From the NCBI GenBank assembly GCA_001774395.1, contig MEZX01000002.1, positions 160,753 through 224,752 of the forward strand: a stretch of DNA of 64,000 bases, read 5' to 3'. The stretch comes from Candidatus Berkelbacteria bacterium RIFCSPLOWO2_01_FULL_50_28. GTDB taxonomy: Bacteria; Patescibacteriota; UBA1384; 2-12-FULL-50-11. The notes beneath the pieces are model-generated. The model was not told where the DNA came from. It searched no databases and was given only the letters and a program-made list of their open reading frames with translations. The translations under genes were made by a program, and so were the position numbers. The first letter of the stretch is position 1, and every line of letters starts with the position of its first letter. Positions 1 through 10,745 of the stretch are shown piece after piece.

Positions 1-3000
1 AGTAGTAATAGTTAGCTGAGGTTGAGCTAGAGGCGTTGCCGGCGTTATCCACTGTACGCAGGTAGAAGATGTTTGTGCCTGACTGGTACTGACCCTCGGC
101 GTGTTCGTCGTTAGGAAGCGCGATTGAGGTGGTCGTCAGTGGGTTGGAGTCGGTCCAGCTATCTACTGCATCCCCGCCCGTTCGGTACTGGTATTTTAGT
201 ACGCCCGACTGAGCGTCGGAGCCGGCAGAGTAGCTAAAAGTGAACGAATCAGTTGCTGAATATCCAGCCGGGTTGACTGAGATCGAGCCGGGGTTGGTTG
301 GCGCGGTTGAGTCGAATTGGTAGGTAAAGGCTTCCCAAGCGGAACCGGAGATGTTCTGGGCGTTGTCGCGGGTTTTAACCAAGAAGTAGTAAGTCGAGCC
401 GCTCGACATCGCCTCATCGAGGATATATTCGGCACCAGTTTGGAACTGAACCGCCGAGCCGTCGTTAATTATTCCCGAAGTTATGCTCGGGTTAGCTTCT
501 GAATCGGTGCCAAAATAAAGATAGTAACCTTCGACACCTGAACCGCCCGCGTTGTCTGTGCCGGCGTTCCAGCTGAATTTGGGTGCGGCGTAATTGTACC
601 AAGTGCTAGTAACTAGGGTCGAGTTCTCCTCGTCGGAGTCGTAAACGGTCAGGGCATCGGGGTTGGTTGGTGCGGTAGTGTCTTGGTAGTAACTGATAGT
701 GTAGTCGTTGAAAGTGGGGGTATGCAGTCCGTCGGAAGTTAGTGTTACCTCTACGCGGAGATAGGCATTGGCTGGCGAGGCGATCTGGTAGGTGTAAGTG
801 TCGGTACCGGTGGTTCGTTGGGCGTTGGTGACGGCCGTGAGACTACTCCAATCGGCGCCGTCACTGGAGCTCTGGGTCTTAATACTGACGGTCGTATTAG
901 CCGGAGCTGTGTAATTGGCGGTCAAGTTGGCCCATTTATAAACTGAAGTGAGGCTGTGAGCAGTGGATGTATAGCTGCCGGTTTTAGCAAAGCTGGTGGT
1001 CGAGGTCTGTTGAGTATAGGTATAGATGCCGTCGGAGATGGCGTTAGTCCCCTGACCCAAGAAACCGTGCAACTGTTCGCCGTTTTCACCCGACAGATCG
1101 CCACCGGCGCCCCATCCAGCAGGGGCGTTATTGAGAGTTGACCAGGTATTGAGTGTAATATCATAAACATACAAATTCTGTGGTGGTGTGCCGATATTAC
1201 CTCGAGCAAGGTAAATCTTGCCGTCGCTACCTAGTGAAAGTGAGCCACCAGTACTAACAGTACCTGGAGCATCAGCTACCAACGGGTCGCTCCAGGTGTT
1301 GGCACCAACATCGTAACGGTAGAAACTAGCCGTACTACTTCCCCTGGTCATATAGATGTAGCCGCTATTATAAACTAGCGAACCACCCCAGCTGGGTGTG
1401 GACGTCGAACTAGTCATCGTGCTCCAACGCGAGCCAGCTGACCCTTGGGTATCGTAACGGTAGAACTGAGCACCATTGGCGCCACGGGAAAGATAAATAT
1501 AGCGGCTACCATCGTAGACCATGTCTGAGCCAGCATTAAGACTGGCCGGAACTAAGTCGGTTGAGCCGGAGTTGATCTTAACCCAACTATTACTGGAGAT
1601 TGTGTACTTAAAGAAATCTAAGTTGGTTGTACCGGTGGTGGCGTAAATCGTGCCGTTGACGGAGTCGTAAACGAGAGATGCTCCTTGGTTAAGTCCCTCT
1701 GGCACCGGAGCCATCGTCACAACAGTACTACTTGAGCGATCGAAGCGAACAAACTGGCTATCGATATTGCCGCGAGTAGCGTAGTAGTAGTTGCCGTCCC
1801 CCTTGACCACCGAGGCGCCATTTGAAGTTGGGTAGTAAATCGTTCCGGCATATTGGGTGCCAAAAACATTTTGAACAGGTTTTTTCCAGACACCGTTATC
1901 GATATCAAAAATCCAAAAAGCGGTGGTATTAGCTCCTCGAAGGGTGTAGATATTGCGACCGATAATTCGTTGAGCGGCGCCGTAAGAGGTATAAAGCGGC
2001 GGTTCTTGGATAATCGACCAAACATCGTTGACAGTGTCGTATTTCAAAAATGTGCCGCGATTGTTACCGGCTAAACCGTAAACAGCGTTGGTGGTGGCGT
2101 CGTAGTTCAGATTCGCACCGACATAGAATCCAACCGGTGCCATTGTTAGCGGTGTCCAAGTGTTGGTAGAGATAGTGTACTTGGCGAAATAGGAATAGTT
2201 ATTGCCTTGACTGGCGTAAATTGTGTCGGTGCCGTCAAAGGCTAAAGCCGCACCAAGGTAGGTTGTTTGGTTGGCGGTGCCGTTGCCGAAGTTGGCGTTG
2301 GTCAAGTTGGCCCAAGTATTGTTCTGGGTGTCATAGCTCCAAAAAGCATCGTCAGAGTTACCGCGCAGGAAATAAATGTAACGAGAGCCATCGTAAACTG
2401 CCGACGCGCCGTAGTTAGCGGCCAGAGGCAAGTCGGCGGCGGCGGAGTCGTCCCAAGTGCTGGACGAAATAGTGTAACGGGCGAACGACGAGGAACCGTT
2501 GCCGATCCAGCCGTAGAGATAACCGCTCGGCCCTTCAACGACCCCACCGCCGGCGTAAACGTTGCCAAAGTTTGAAGCTCCTTCGGTCGTCCAGGCATTG
2601 CCAGCGACATCGTAGGAGTAAAAAGTGGTCGTATTGTTACCGCGGAAGGTGTAGAGCTTGTTCGAGGATGCAACATAGGCGAACATGCCACCAACATAGA
2701 TACTGGCCGGTGGGGCAATTAATGATTCCTGACCCCAACTACCGGTGGCGGTGCTAAGCTGTAAGTTACCCGAACTCTGAGTGGCACTGACGCTCGTTAG
2801 CGTACCGGTTTCAAAATTGGCTTGACTGGTCATCTGCAGGCTTTGCGGCGGTGTCACCCCGTTATAGACATAGGTGAAGGCGGCATAAGTGCTACTGGCG
2901 TTGTTGTTTTTGTTGTCGACGGCCTTAAGGCGTAAATAATAGGTTCCGGCTGTCATGGCGGTGTTAGCGGTAAAGGTGGCGGTAGTAGCGAGGCTGCCGC

Positions 3001-5407
3001 TGGTGGCTGGGTCGGCATTAACATCGGTGCCGAAATAAACATAATAGCCCTGCAAACCGCTCCCAGCGTCGCTCGCTCCGCTCCAGGTGAAATACGGTGC
3101 CACATGGGGGTAGCTCTGGCCGCTGGTCAGGGCGGTGCCACCAACCTGCTGGGACGATCCGGTGGCGGAGGACGGGTTTGTCGGGGCTGTTTCATCTGAG
3201 GTGTAGGTCACAGTGAAATCATCCAGCGTCGGCGTCACCGTTTTATCAGTTGATGCTGTAAACGTCAGCCGAACCTGAAGATAGCGATTAACGGTTGATT
3301 GGATGTCTGAACCCGAAAGGGCTTGGTAGGAAGTCCAGCTACTGTTATCGGCGCTACTTCTGGTTTCGATTAAAAGCGACGAATCGCTACCAGCAGTTGT
3401 GGTACTGGCGAGCGAGACCCAGGCGGAGACGAAGCTAAAATCAAAGACGGGGCTGGTGTAAGTGCCGCTCGTAGTGTAACTGTTGGCATCGATCGAGTAA
3501 GTCCAGAAGTCAGCCACCCCGTTGCCCCGGACGGCATAAATCGTGCTACCCATCACCGCTAGAGAGGCGCCGTTGTAAGCTCCGACACCCCCTGCCGCCG
3601 CTAGCTGGGTGTTAGCTAGTTTTCGCCAGGAGTCGCCGCTGATGTTGTACTCGTAGAACTTGTCTTTGTAGTAACCAGCCAGCGCGTAAATTTTACCCGA
3701 TTTGTACTCGAGAGAAGCGCCGTAGTAGGCCGGGAACGGGGCGGAAGCGATCTCACTCCAGGTATTAGTGCCAACAGTGTATTTCAGAAATCGGCTAACG
3801 CCGTAACCTGGTAGAGCGTAAATGTCCGTGCCATCACTTACCATACGGCCACCAACATTGGCGACCGATGTTTGCGGTGAGGTCGGCAAGTCGGCGACTG
3901 ATGCATCGTCCCAAGAGTCACCAGAGATCGAATAGCGGTAAAAAGTAGCTGTACCGGCTCCGCGAAGAGCATAGATATAGTCTCCTGACCCGGGGTACAC
4001 CAAGCCGCCACCGTTACCAATCGCTGCCAGGGTGATCGCCAACAGTGACCAGGAATTGCCGGCGATGTCATAGCGTAAGAAGTTGGTATTGTTACCCTGG
4101 AAAAAGTAAAGATAGTTGCCCGCCTTCACCCCAAAGGTGTCGTAATTAAAATTGTAAGTAACTGAAGCGACGATAGCACTGGCCATCAAAGACCAAGTAT
4201 TGGCCGAGGAGTCGTAACGAAGAAGGTTAGCCGTATTTCCCCCTCGCAATAGATAAACGTATTGAGCCCCGTCAGATATTAGATTGCCGCCCGTGCCAAC
4301 GGTATAGGCAACAGAAGAAACTATCGGCTCAGCCGAACCAACCCAGGCGGAGGTGTTCGGGTTCCAGGCCCAGAAAGTTCGGGTTGAAGTGCCACGAAAT
4401 GCGTAGATCCGGTCGGTGCCAGAGACATAAATTAACCCGCCGTAGTTCACTGTTAGCGGTACATCGGTCAGTGCTTCCCAAGTATTGCCGGAAATTGAGT
4501 ACCGATACCAAGTTAAGGTGCCGCCGCTTCGAGCTTTGTAGATGTAGTTGCCAACTACCATTGCGTTACCGTCGGCGTTCATTAGTCCTCCGGCCGTGAC
4601 ATCGGCCACGGCCGCGTCGCTCCAAGTTCCGGCCGCAATATCGTAGCGATAGAAACTCAAGGTATTGTTGCCTCGCCAGGCGTAGATGTAGCCAGCGTTA
4701 TAAACAAGGTCAGCGCCGTTATAAATTGTAGCCGGCGGGCCAGTTAGCGGGTCCCAAGTGTTGGTGCCAATATTGTAACGGTAGAAGTCTTGGGAGTTGT
4801 TGCCACGCAAGAGGTACATATTAGTGCCGTCAAAGGCCAAGCCGCTACCATTGCCAACAACATCCGAGGTCTCGGCTAGCTCGGTCCAGGTATTGGTACT
4901 GATGGTATATTTGGCAAATTTTTTAGTGTAGAGCCCGAAAGTGGCGTAAATGGCGCCGGTTGAGTCGTAGCGCATATCCGACCCAATGCCAACGGCAAAC
5001 GGAGCGTTGGCCATGGCCCGCCAGGTATTTCGGACCGGGTCGTAGCGCCAGAAGTAGGCAAATGATCCGCCGCGCAGAGTATAAATATAAGTGCCGTCGC
5101 TCGAAAAAGCCGATCCAGATTCGATGGTGTCGGGCGGTTCAGCCCAGCTTCTAGCACCCCAAGACCCAGCCGCTTGGAGCTGGAGACGATCCGGTGTTGA
5201 TTCGGTGTCGAGACCGCTCAAGACTCCCAACTCATAATCGGCCTTAGTAGTGACGGTCTGGGTTAAGTTGGCGGCAAAACTGGACGGACTGTAACCGAGG
5301 GTGACAAGTATGATGAACACCGAAAGTAACGCAACCCCCCGTCTGGTCCACGGGTGCGTGGCCAAATAACTGACATGCCGGACTATGTGTCGGTGGTTAA
5401 ATTTCAT
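1..5407 (-). CDS. Giant secreted/surface repeat protein (>1800 aa; its C-terminus runs off the left edge of the window). N-terminal signal/anchor, then more than 30 Kelch-type beta-propeller repeats (consensus ..G.IY..RG.....FYRYD...NTW..L..) with FN3/Ig-like modules (YYVYFGTD...) toward the C-terminus
   Basis: My own translation of the minus strand from the ATG at about 5407 gives MKFNHRHIVRHVSYLATHPWTRRGVALLSVFIILVTLGYS... followed by the repeat units. The frame (end mod 3 = 1) has no stop from 5407 to position 1, which would explain its absence from the complete-ORF track. All listed minus-strand ORFs in 1-5400 lie in other frames. An SD-like GGGGA lies upstream. Confidence 0.75.
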   Translation of the reverse strand, partial: MKFNHRHIVRHVSYLATHPWTRRGVALLSVFIILVTLGYSPSSFAANLTQTVTTKADYELGVLSGLDTESTPDRLQLQAAGSWGARSWAEPPDTIESGSAFSSDGTYIYTLRGGSFAYFWRYDPVRNTWRAMANAPFAVGIGSDMRYDSTGAIYATFGLYTKKFAKYTISTNTWTELAETSDVVGNGSGLAFDGTNMYLLRGNNSQDFYRYNIGTNTWDPLTGPPATIYNGADLVYNAGYIYAWRGNNTLSFYRYDIAAGTWSDAAVADVTAGGLMNADGNAMVVGNYIYKARSGGTLTWYRYSISGNTWEALTDVPLTVNYGGLIYVSGTDRIYAFRGTSTRTFWAWNPNTSAWVGSAEPIVSSVAYTVGTGGNLISDGAQYVYLLRGGNTANLLRYDSSANTWSLMASAIVASVTYNFNYDTFGVKAGNYLYFFQGNNTNFLRYDIAGNSWSLLAITLAAIGNGGGLVYPGSGDYIYALRGAGTATFYRYSISGDSWDDASVADLPTSPQTSVANVGGRMVSDGTDIYALPGYGVSRFLKYTVGTNTWSEIASAPFPAYYGASLEYKSGKIYALAGYYKDKFYEYNISGDSWRKLANTQLAAAGGVGAYNGASLAVMGSTIYAVRGNGVADFWTYSIDANSYTTSGTYTSPVFDFSFVSAWVSLASTTTAGSDSSLLIETRSSADNSSWTSYQALSGSDIQSTVNRYLQVRLTFTASTDKTVTPTLDDFTVTYTSDETAPTNPSSATGSSQQVGGTALTSGQSYPHVAPYFTWSGASDAGSGLQGYYVYFGTDVNADPATSGSLATTATFTANTAMTAGTYYLRLKAVDNKNNNASSTYAAFTYVYNGVTPPQSLQMTSQANFETGTLTSVSATQSSGNLQLSTATGSWGQESLIAPPASIYVGGMFAYVASSNKLYTFRGNNTTTFYSYDVAGNAWTTEGASNFGNVYAGGGVVEGPSGYLYGWIGNGSSSFARYTISSSTWDDSAAADLPLAANYGASAVYDGSRYIYFLRGNSDDAFWSYDTQNNTWANLTNANFGNGTANQTTYLGAALAFDGTDTIYASQGNNYSYFAKYTISTNTWTPLTMAPVGFYVGANLNYDATTNAVYGLAGNNRGTFLKYDTVNDVWSIIQEPPLYTSYGAAQRIIGRNIYTLRGANTTAFWIFDIDNGVWKKPVQNVFGTQYAGTIYYPTSNGASVVKGDGNYYYATRGNIDSQFVRFDRSSSTVVTMAPVPEGLNQGASLVYDSVNGTIYATTGTTNLDFFKYTISSNSWVKINSGSTDLVPASLNAGSDMVYDGSRYIYLSRGANGAQFYRYDTQGSAGSRWSTMTSSTSTPSWGGSLVYNSGYIYMTRGSSTASFYRYDVGANTWSDPLVADAPGTVSTGGSLSLGSDGKIYLARGNIGTPPQNLYVYDITLNTWSTLNNAPAGWGAGGDLSGENGEQLHGFLGQGTNAISDGIYTYTQQTSTTSFAKTGSYTSTAHSLTSVYKWANLTANYTAPANTTVSIKTQSSSDGADWSSLTAVTNAQRTTGTDTYTYQIASPANAYLRVEVTLTSDGLHTPTFNDYTISYYQDTTAPTNPDALTVYDSDEENSTLVTSTWYNYAAPKFSWNAGTDNAGGSGVEGYYLYFGTDSEANPSITSGIINDGSAVQFQTGAEYILDEAMSSGSTYYFLVKTRDNAQNISGSAWEAFTYQFDSTAPTNPGSISVNPAGYSATDSFTFSYSAGSDAQSGVLKYQYRTGGDAVDSWTDSNPLTTTSIALPNDEHAEGQYQSGTNIFYLRTVDNAGNASSSTSANYYY

Positions 5408-5554
5408 CCCCTCTGTAACTCACCATATCGCTCGTCAAGCGCGATATCAACCCCAGGCGGTGAGGCCGTAACAAAGCAATTGTATCTTTCTCGTTAAAAA
5501 TTCTATGGTGGTTTTCAAGCACCCCAAAACTAGGGCAAGACACGGAGGTTGGTA

Positions 5555-6244
5555 ATGTGGAAATTTCTTACGACCCTCGCAATTCTTTTGTTCTTCTCAC
5601 TACCGATGGCCTCGGCGAGTATTCGTCACTCCAAAGTGAAGCATCGGGCACGAACCCAATTCACGGTTTATCGCTTTAGCCGCGAGCTCGACCTGTGGTC
5701 GCCGCAGATCTTCAGCGGTCTAACGGCGGCCGAGGTTAAAGCCAGGACCAAAGCTGACAAGGTGTTCACTTTGGGCTTTCTCGACATCAGGAAAGTCCGT
5801 GGTGGATACACCTACAAGCCGGTCAACCTGCACATCATCGATGGAGCGATCATGGTTCCGGCTTTCTTCCCGAAGGAGAAAGTTCTGGCCGACTTTCCTT
5901 GGGAAGGACCAACGATCTACGATAGCGTTACCCAGTGCCTATCGTACGGTACGCCCACAGCCGCCTGCGGCCTAATGCGGATTCCGCCGGTTCCAACAGA
6001 GAAAACTGGTCGCCGGATCTGGGCGATCAAAGGCAAGAACTTCTTTGTCGTTGAGTACTTCGGTACCCGAGCCGATGGACTGCGCATCGCTCGAAGCTAC
6101 GGTTTCGAGTCTAGCGCTCACAGCGACGGTGGCCACATGGTCAGCGCTCATGCCAGGCATGCTTCGTTTGCCCTAATTTTCAAGGGTAAGCGACCGCTAG
6201 CAATCGCAGGCTTGTTCGACCCGCTTGCAAGTCTGGCACAGTAG
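5555..6244 (+). CDS. Secreted hypothetical protein (about 229 aa) with an N-terminal signal peptide (MWKFLTTLAILLFFSLPMASA)
   Basis: ORF 5549..6244. An ATG at 5555 lies 6 nt after GGAGG; the N-terminus is hydrophobic; no recognisable domain. Confidence 0.6.
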   Translation: MWKFLTTLAILLFFSLPMASASIRHSKVKHRARTQFTVYRFSRELDLWSPQIFSGLTAAEVKARTKADKVFTLGFLDIRKVRGGYTYKPVNLHIIDGAIMVPAFFPKEKVLADFPWEGPTIYDSVTQCLSYGTPTAACGLMRIPPVPTEKTGRRIWAIKGKNFFVVEYFGTRADGLRIARSYGFESSAHSDGGHMVSAHARHASFALIFKGKRPLAIAGLFDPLASLAQ

Positions 6245-6372
6245 GCGCAATTTGAGAGAAAGCTTTCGCTCCTCCTCAAGCAAGGCCCTAGATGGGCCTA
6301 CTGGTCCAACCCGAACCCCTCACCGCGCGCGGTGGGGGGAGGTTTTTGCGGCTCATGTTGACCCCGCACTTT

Positions 6373-6630
6373 TCAACCGTCTTGAAGGCTATGCCCAATA
6401 CGCTTCTTCAATCTGGCGTACGACTGGCCGAATTGTTTGAGTTTCTTTTCTCGATCAAGCGCATCTAGTTTTGAGGCATAGCCCTCAAGGTAGACAATCT
6501 TCCACGGTCGGTAGGGTTTTGTTGCGAGTGACTTACCTTCGTTATGATCTAGCAGTCTTTGCCGCAAGTTGTTCGTTTGTCCGAAGTAAAGCCGCCGTTC
6601 CTTGCCAAGCAGTACATACACCCAATGCAT
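6373..6630 (-). CDS. GIY-YIG nuclease-superfamily small protein (UPF0213/YhbQ-like), 85 aa
   Basis: The N-terminus VYVLLG-ERRLYFGQTNNLRQRLLDHN matches the GIY-x10-YIG and R..H core motifs. Confidence 0.75.
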   Translation of the reverse strand: MHWVYVLLGKERRLYFGQTNNLRQRLLDHNEGKSLATKPYRPWKIVYLEGYASKLDALDREKKLKQFGQSYARLKKRIGHSLQDG

Positions 6631-6671
6631 AAGTTAATTGTAACAACTTGCAACGGTTGAATAGTGCGGGG

Positions 6672-6699
6672 TTGACAAATGTAAAGCAAACTTTACAAT
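6672..6699 (+). promoter_or_regulatory. Sigma70-type promoter for groES-groEL (TTGACA-16-TACAAT)
   Basis: TTGACA at about 6672 and TACAAT at about 6694, about 40 nt upstream of the groES ATG. No CIRCE element was seen. Confidence 0.5.
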
Positions 6700-6739
6700 A
6701 AATGCTACAAATATGAGTAAAAATCCTAAAGGAGGTTCA

Positions 6740-7030
6740 ATGCAACTGCAACCACTTTCCGACCGCTTGGTCGTTAAACCGCTCGATGCGGAAACCGTAT
6801 CGAAATCCGGTATCGTCATTCCCGACACCGCCAAAGAGAAGCCCCAAGAGGGCGAAGTTATTGCTGTCGGACCGGGCCGAGTCGATAAAGACGGCCAGAG
6901 AATTGAGATGGAAGTTAAAAAGGGAGATAAGGTTCTCTTTGGCAAGTATGCCGGAGATGAATTTAAGCTTGATGGAGTTGAATACAAGATTATTAGAGAA
7001 GATGAAGTACTGGGCATCCTGAAAGGATGA
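6740..7030 (+). CDS. groES: Co-chaperonin GroES (10 kDa chaperonin)
   Basis: MQLQPLSDRLVVKPLDAETVSKSGIVIPDTAKEKPQEGEVIAVGPG... is the canonical GroES sequence. AAAGGAGG lies 6 nt upstream of the ATG. The track ORF starts earlier at 6713, but that start has no SD. Confidence 0.95.
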   Translation: MQLQPLSDRLVVKPLDAETVSKSGIVIPDTAKEKPQEGEVIAVGPGRVDKDGQRIEMEVKKGDKVLFGKYAGDEFKLDGVEYKIIREDEVLGILKG

Positions 7031-8842
<1,812 letters not shown>

Positions 8843-8867
8843 GCATCGGCTCACTAGAACGAGAGAA

Positions 8868-8887
8868 GGGCCTAGCGGCCCTTTTTT
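8868..8887 (+). terminator. Intrinsic terminator of groEL (GGGCC-tagc-GGCCC + TTTTTT)
   Basis: A perfect 5-bp GC stem followed by six T residues, 25 nt after the stop codon. Confidence 0.65.
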
Positions 8888-8951
8888 CAAACCCAATTTT
8901 CGTGGGGAGGAGGGGCTTAATTCCGAGGCAGCCCCTACCTCCCCACACCCC

Positions 8952-9033
8952 ATACCCTGCACGGTTCCCACAGGGGTGAGGAGAAAATTCGCCTCCCTTC
9001 CGGAAGGTTCGCGGAGCGAATTGGCAAATTTTG
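8952..9033. repeat. About 82-bp structured palindromic element, copy 1 (copy 2 at 56607-56690, about 85% identical)
   Basis: ATACCCTGCACGGTTCCCACAGGGG...GAAAATTCGCCTCCCTTCCGGAAGGTTCGCGGAGCGAATTGGCAAATTTTG. The inner CCTTCCGGAAGG is a perfect palindrome nested in an AATTCGC/GCGAATT stem. Confidence 0.7.
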
Positions 9034-9048
9034 ATTTATTATTTCCCC

Positions 9049-9062
9049 GCCAAAAGAAAACG
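9049..9062 (+). promoter_or_regulatory. Islet motif copy 1: GCCAAAAGAAAACG (core of TTAACTTCCCGCCAAAAGAAAACGGCTCC)
   Basis: ttccccgccaaaagaaaacgccc lies about 80 nt upstream of the ORF at 9130. Confidence 0.55.
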
Positions 9063-9129
9063 CCCATACCTGGATTTTTACTGCCGCTTCTGATATTATT
9101 CAACAAAATCTTTCCTGAGGAGGAAAAGG

Positions 9130-9672
9130 ATGGAAGGAACGTACATTCACGAGTTTTGGGCTGTCACTGGGTCGTGGTCGCTCTATCACGTGACCGATGA
9201 GTTAAATGATCTTGGATTTCCCAATGTGGAGAAAGTGGGTAGCGTTGGGGTAAGCAAGCTGGAGGTAGGTGCTCGTCTCAAGAACGGCCGGCTCGTTGGC
9301 ATCACCGATTCCGGATTAACGCTCTTTAACCCGGGAAGGAGATCGAATTTTGCCAGTGAGGTTAACGTTCTCCACTGGGGCGGGACGACAACACCTTTTG
9401 TCGGCCTCTTTCTTGACGAAGAGACGGCTCGAGAGTGCCTCAACCTCAATATCATTGGACCTATCTTTGAAGACGAATTCACGAAATGTGCTGGCGAAGT
9501 TGTCAGGGGGATTGCGCAAGGCCATCTTGTTTTCCGACTCGATCCGGCAGTCTGCAAACGTTTCGGATTGAAAGCACTTGAGGTCTGCCCCAGCTGCACT
9601 TGGGCGGGTCTAGACGTTCACAAACACACACTAGAGTGCCACCCTGAAGTGGCCATCGATCGCCGCAAGTGA
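9130..9672 (+). CDS. Hypothetical protein, 180 aa, with a C-terminal Cys/His cluster (CPSCTWAGLDVHKHTLECH)
   Basis: ORF with GAGGAGG 7 nt upstream; no recognisable domain. Confidence 0.5.
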   Translation: MEGTYIHEFWAVTGSWSLYHVTDELNDLGFPNVEKVGSVGVSKLEVGARLKNGRLVGITDSGLTLFNPGRRSNFASEVNVLHWGGTTTPFVGLFLDEETARECLNLNIIGPIFEDEFTKCAGEVVRGIAQGHLVFRLDPAVCKRFGLKALEVCPSCTWAGLDVHKHTLECHPEVAIDRRK

Positions 9673-9695
9673 TATGGTCCTGCTGCTATTCGAAG

Positions 9696-9721
9696 CCCGC
9701 CTGAAAAGGCGGGCGACTTTT
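9696..9721 (+). terminator. Intrinsic terminator (GCCCGCC-tgaaaag-GGCGGGC + gaCTTTTT), immediately followed by islet motif copy 2 (9723-9741)
   Basis: A perfect 7-bp stem plus a T tract 24 nt after the stop. The motif gccaaaagaaaacggctcc follows directly. Confidence 0.65.
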
Positions 9722-9766
9722 TGCCAAAAGAAAACGGCTCCGCTGTGTTTTTGCTACTATTGAACA

Positions 9767-10153
9767 ATGAAGTTTCATCGTCTACTGGGGCTTTTGTTGA
9801 TAATCTTTTGCGCCGGAGTTGTATTGCTAGCTCTTCTGAGCCTAACGACTTTCTCACTCCTTACGATAGTGGCATTTCCCATGATGCTGGAAAATGTTTC
9901 TTCAATCTATCCTGAGGGAGTGGTTTGGTTGATCGTAATATTCGAGCTCATCGTTGGGGCTCTTGCGGGCTGGTATCTCCTTAGAGGAAGACTTCTTGGC
10001 CTCAAGCTGTTCATTGTTGTTGGTGCAGTTGGTATCCTTTTGTATTTGCAACCAACCATACTTAGCAATATCCTTCTAGCCTTGATTTTACTTGGAGTGG
10101 GATTCCTTACATACAGAAGCCTTCTAGACTCACGGCAAGAACCGGGACGTTAG
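9767..10153 (+). CDS. Small integral membrane protein (128 aa, about 4 TM helices)
   Basis: Hydrophobic throughout (LLGLLLIIFCAGVVLLALLSL...). Confidence 0.55.
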   Translation: MKFHRLLGLLLIIFCAGVVLLALLSLTTFSLLTIVAFPMMLENVSSIYPEGVVWLIVIFELIVGALAGWYLLRGRLLGLKLFIVVGAVGILLYLQPTILSNILLALILLGVGFLTYRSLLDSRQEPGR

Positions 10154-10209
10154 CTAGGCTAGTAGGGTTAGGGGAGGGTTCTCTTTCAATCTGAAGATTC
10201 ACTAAAACC

Positions 10210-10223
10210 GCCAAAAGAAAACG
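10210..10223 (+). promoter_or_regulatory. Islet motif copy 3 (aaaaccGCCAAAAGAAAACGactcc), followed by TTGACT-17-TAGAGT
   Basis: The motif and then a sigma70-like promoter lie upstream of the lipoprotein gene. Confidence 0.55.
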
Positions 10224-10295
10224 ACTCCGGGAAAGTCTTGACTTTACCTGAGCAAAGAGGTAGAGTATCAATACTTTGCGAACAGGAGGGTTTGT

Positions 10296-10596
10296 AGTGC
10301 GTAAAGCGTTCTCCTTCATTCTCGTCGCTCTCTTTGTTCTGCTTCTAGCTGGTTGCGCTCCTGGTCCGAATACGGCTATGAGCACACCGGTGCCGAACGG
10401 CGAAGCGGGATTCCTACTCGGTCTGTGGCACGGACTAATCGTTTGGGTGACATTCATCGTATCGCTCTTCAACGATCAGGTCAGCATCTACGAAGTGCAC
10501 AACAACGGTGGATGGTACAACTTTGGCTACATCCTCGGTCTCGGATCTGCGCTCGGTGGTACTGCAACGGCCTCGAGCCGCAGCAACAAGGACTGA
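10296..10596 (+). CDS. Small lipoprotein / membrane protein (about 100 aa) with lipobox LLAGC
   Basis: A GTG start 7 nt after AGGAGGG gives VRKAFSFILVALFVLLLAGCAP. The track ORF begins at a TTG at 10276. Confidence 0.55.
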
Positions 10597-10659
10597 AGAC
10601 CCCATCAAGTCACCGCCCGGAAAAGCTTTCAAACTTTCCGGGCGGTTTTTTAACTTCCC

Positions 10660-10673
10660 GCCAAAAGAAAACG
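10660..10673 (+). promoter_or_regulatory. Islet motif copy 4 (tttttTAACTTCCCGCCAAAAGAAAACGGCTCC), directly after the terminator at 10615-10650
   Basis: A CCCGGAAAG...CTTTCCGGGCGG hairpin with TTTTTT, then the motif, about 70 nt upstream of the NTase gene. Confidence 0.6.
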
Positions 10674-10745
10674 GCTCCTTCTGTATTTATTTACTGGTTT
10701 AGGCTAAAGTACTTCTAACGCACATTAGTGCTACAGGAGAACAAG

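Noticed and set aside
196-5157. Multiple 60-140 aa track ORFs on both strands inside 1-5400 (e.g. 2267..2575 +, 2302..2718 -, 4876..5157 -)
   Set aside because: All are out of frame or antisense relative to the continuous 1800-aa Kelch-repeat reading frame, and their Gly/Ser/Thr/Pro-rich translations are typical repeat-gene shadow ORFs
6713-6739. Upstream extension of groES (track start 6713, MSKNPKGGS-)
   Set aside because: The canonical GroES N-terminus begins at the ATG at 6740 right after AAAGGAGG, and the 6713 start has no SD
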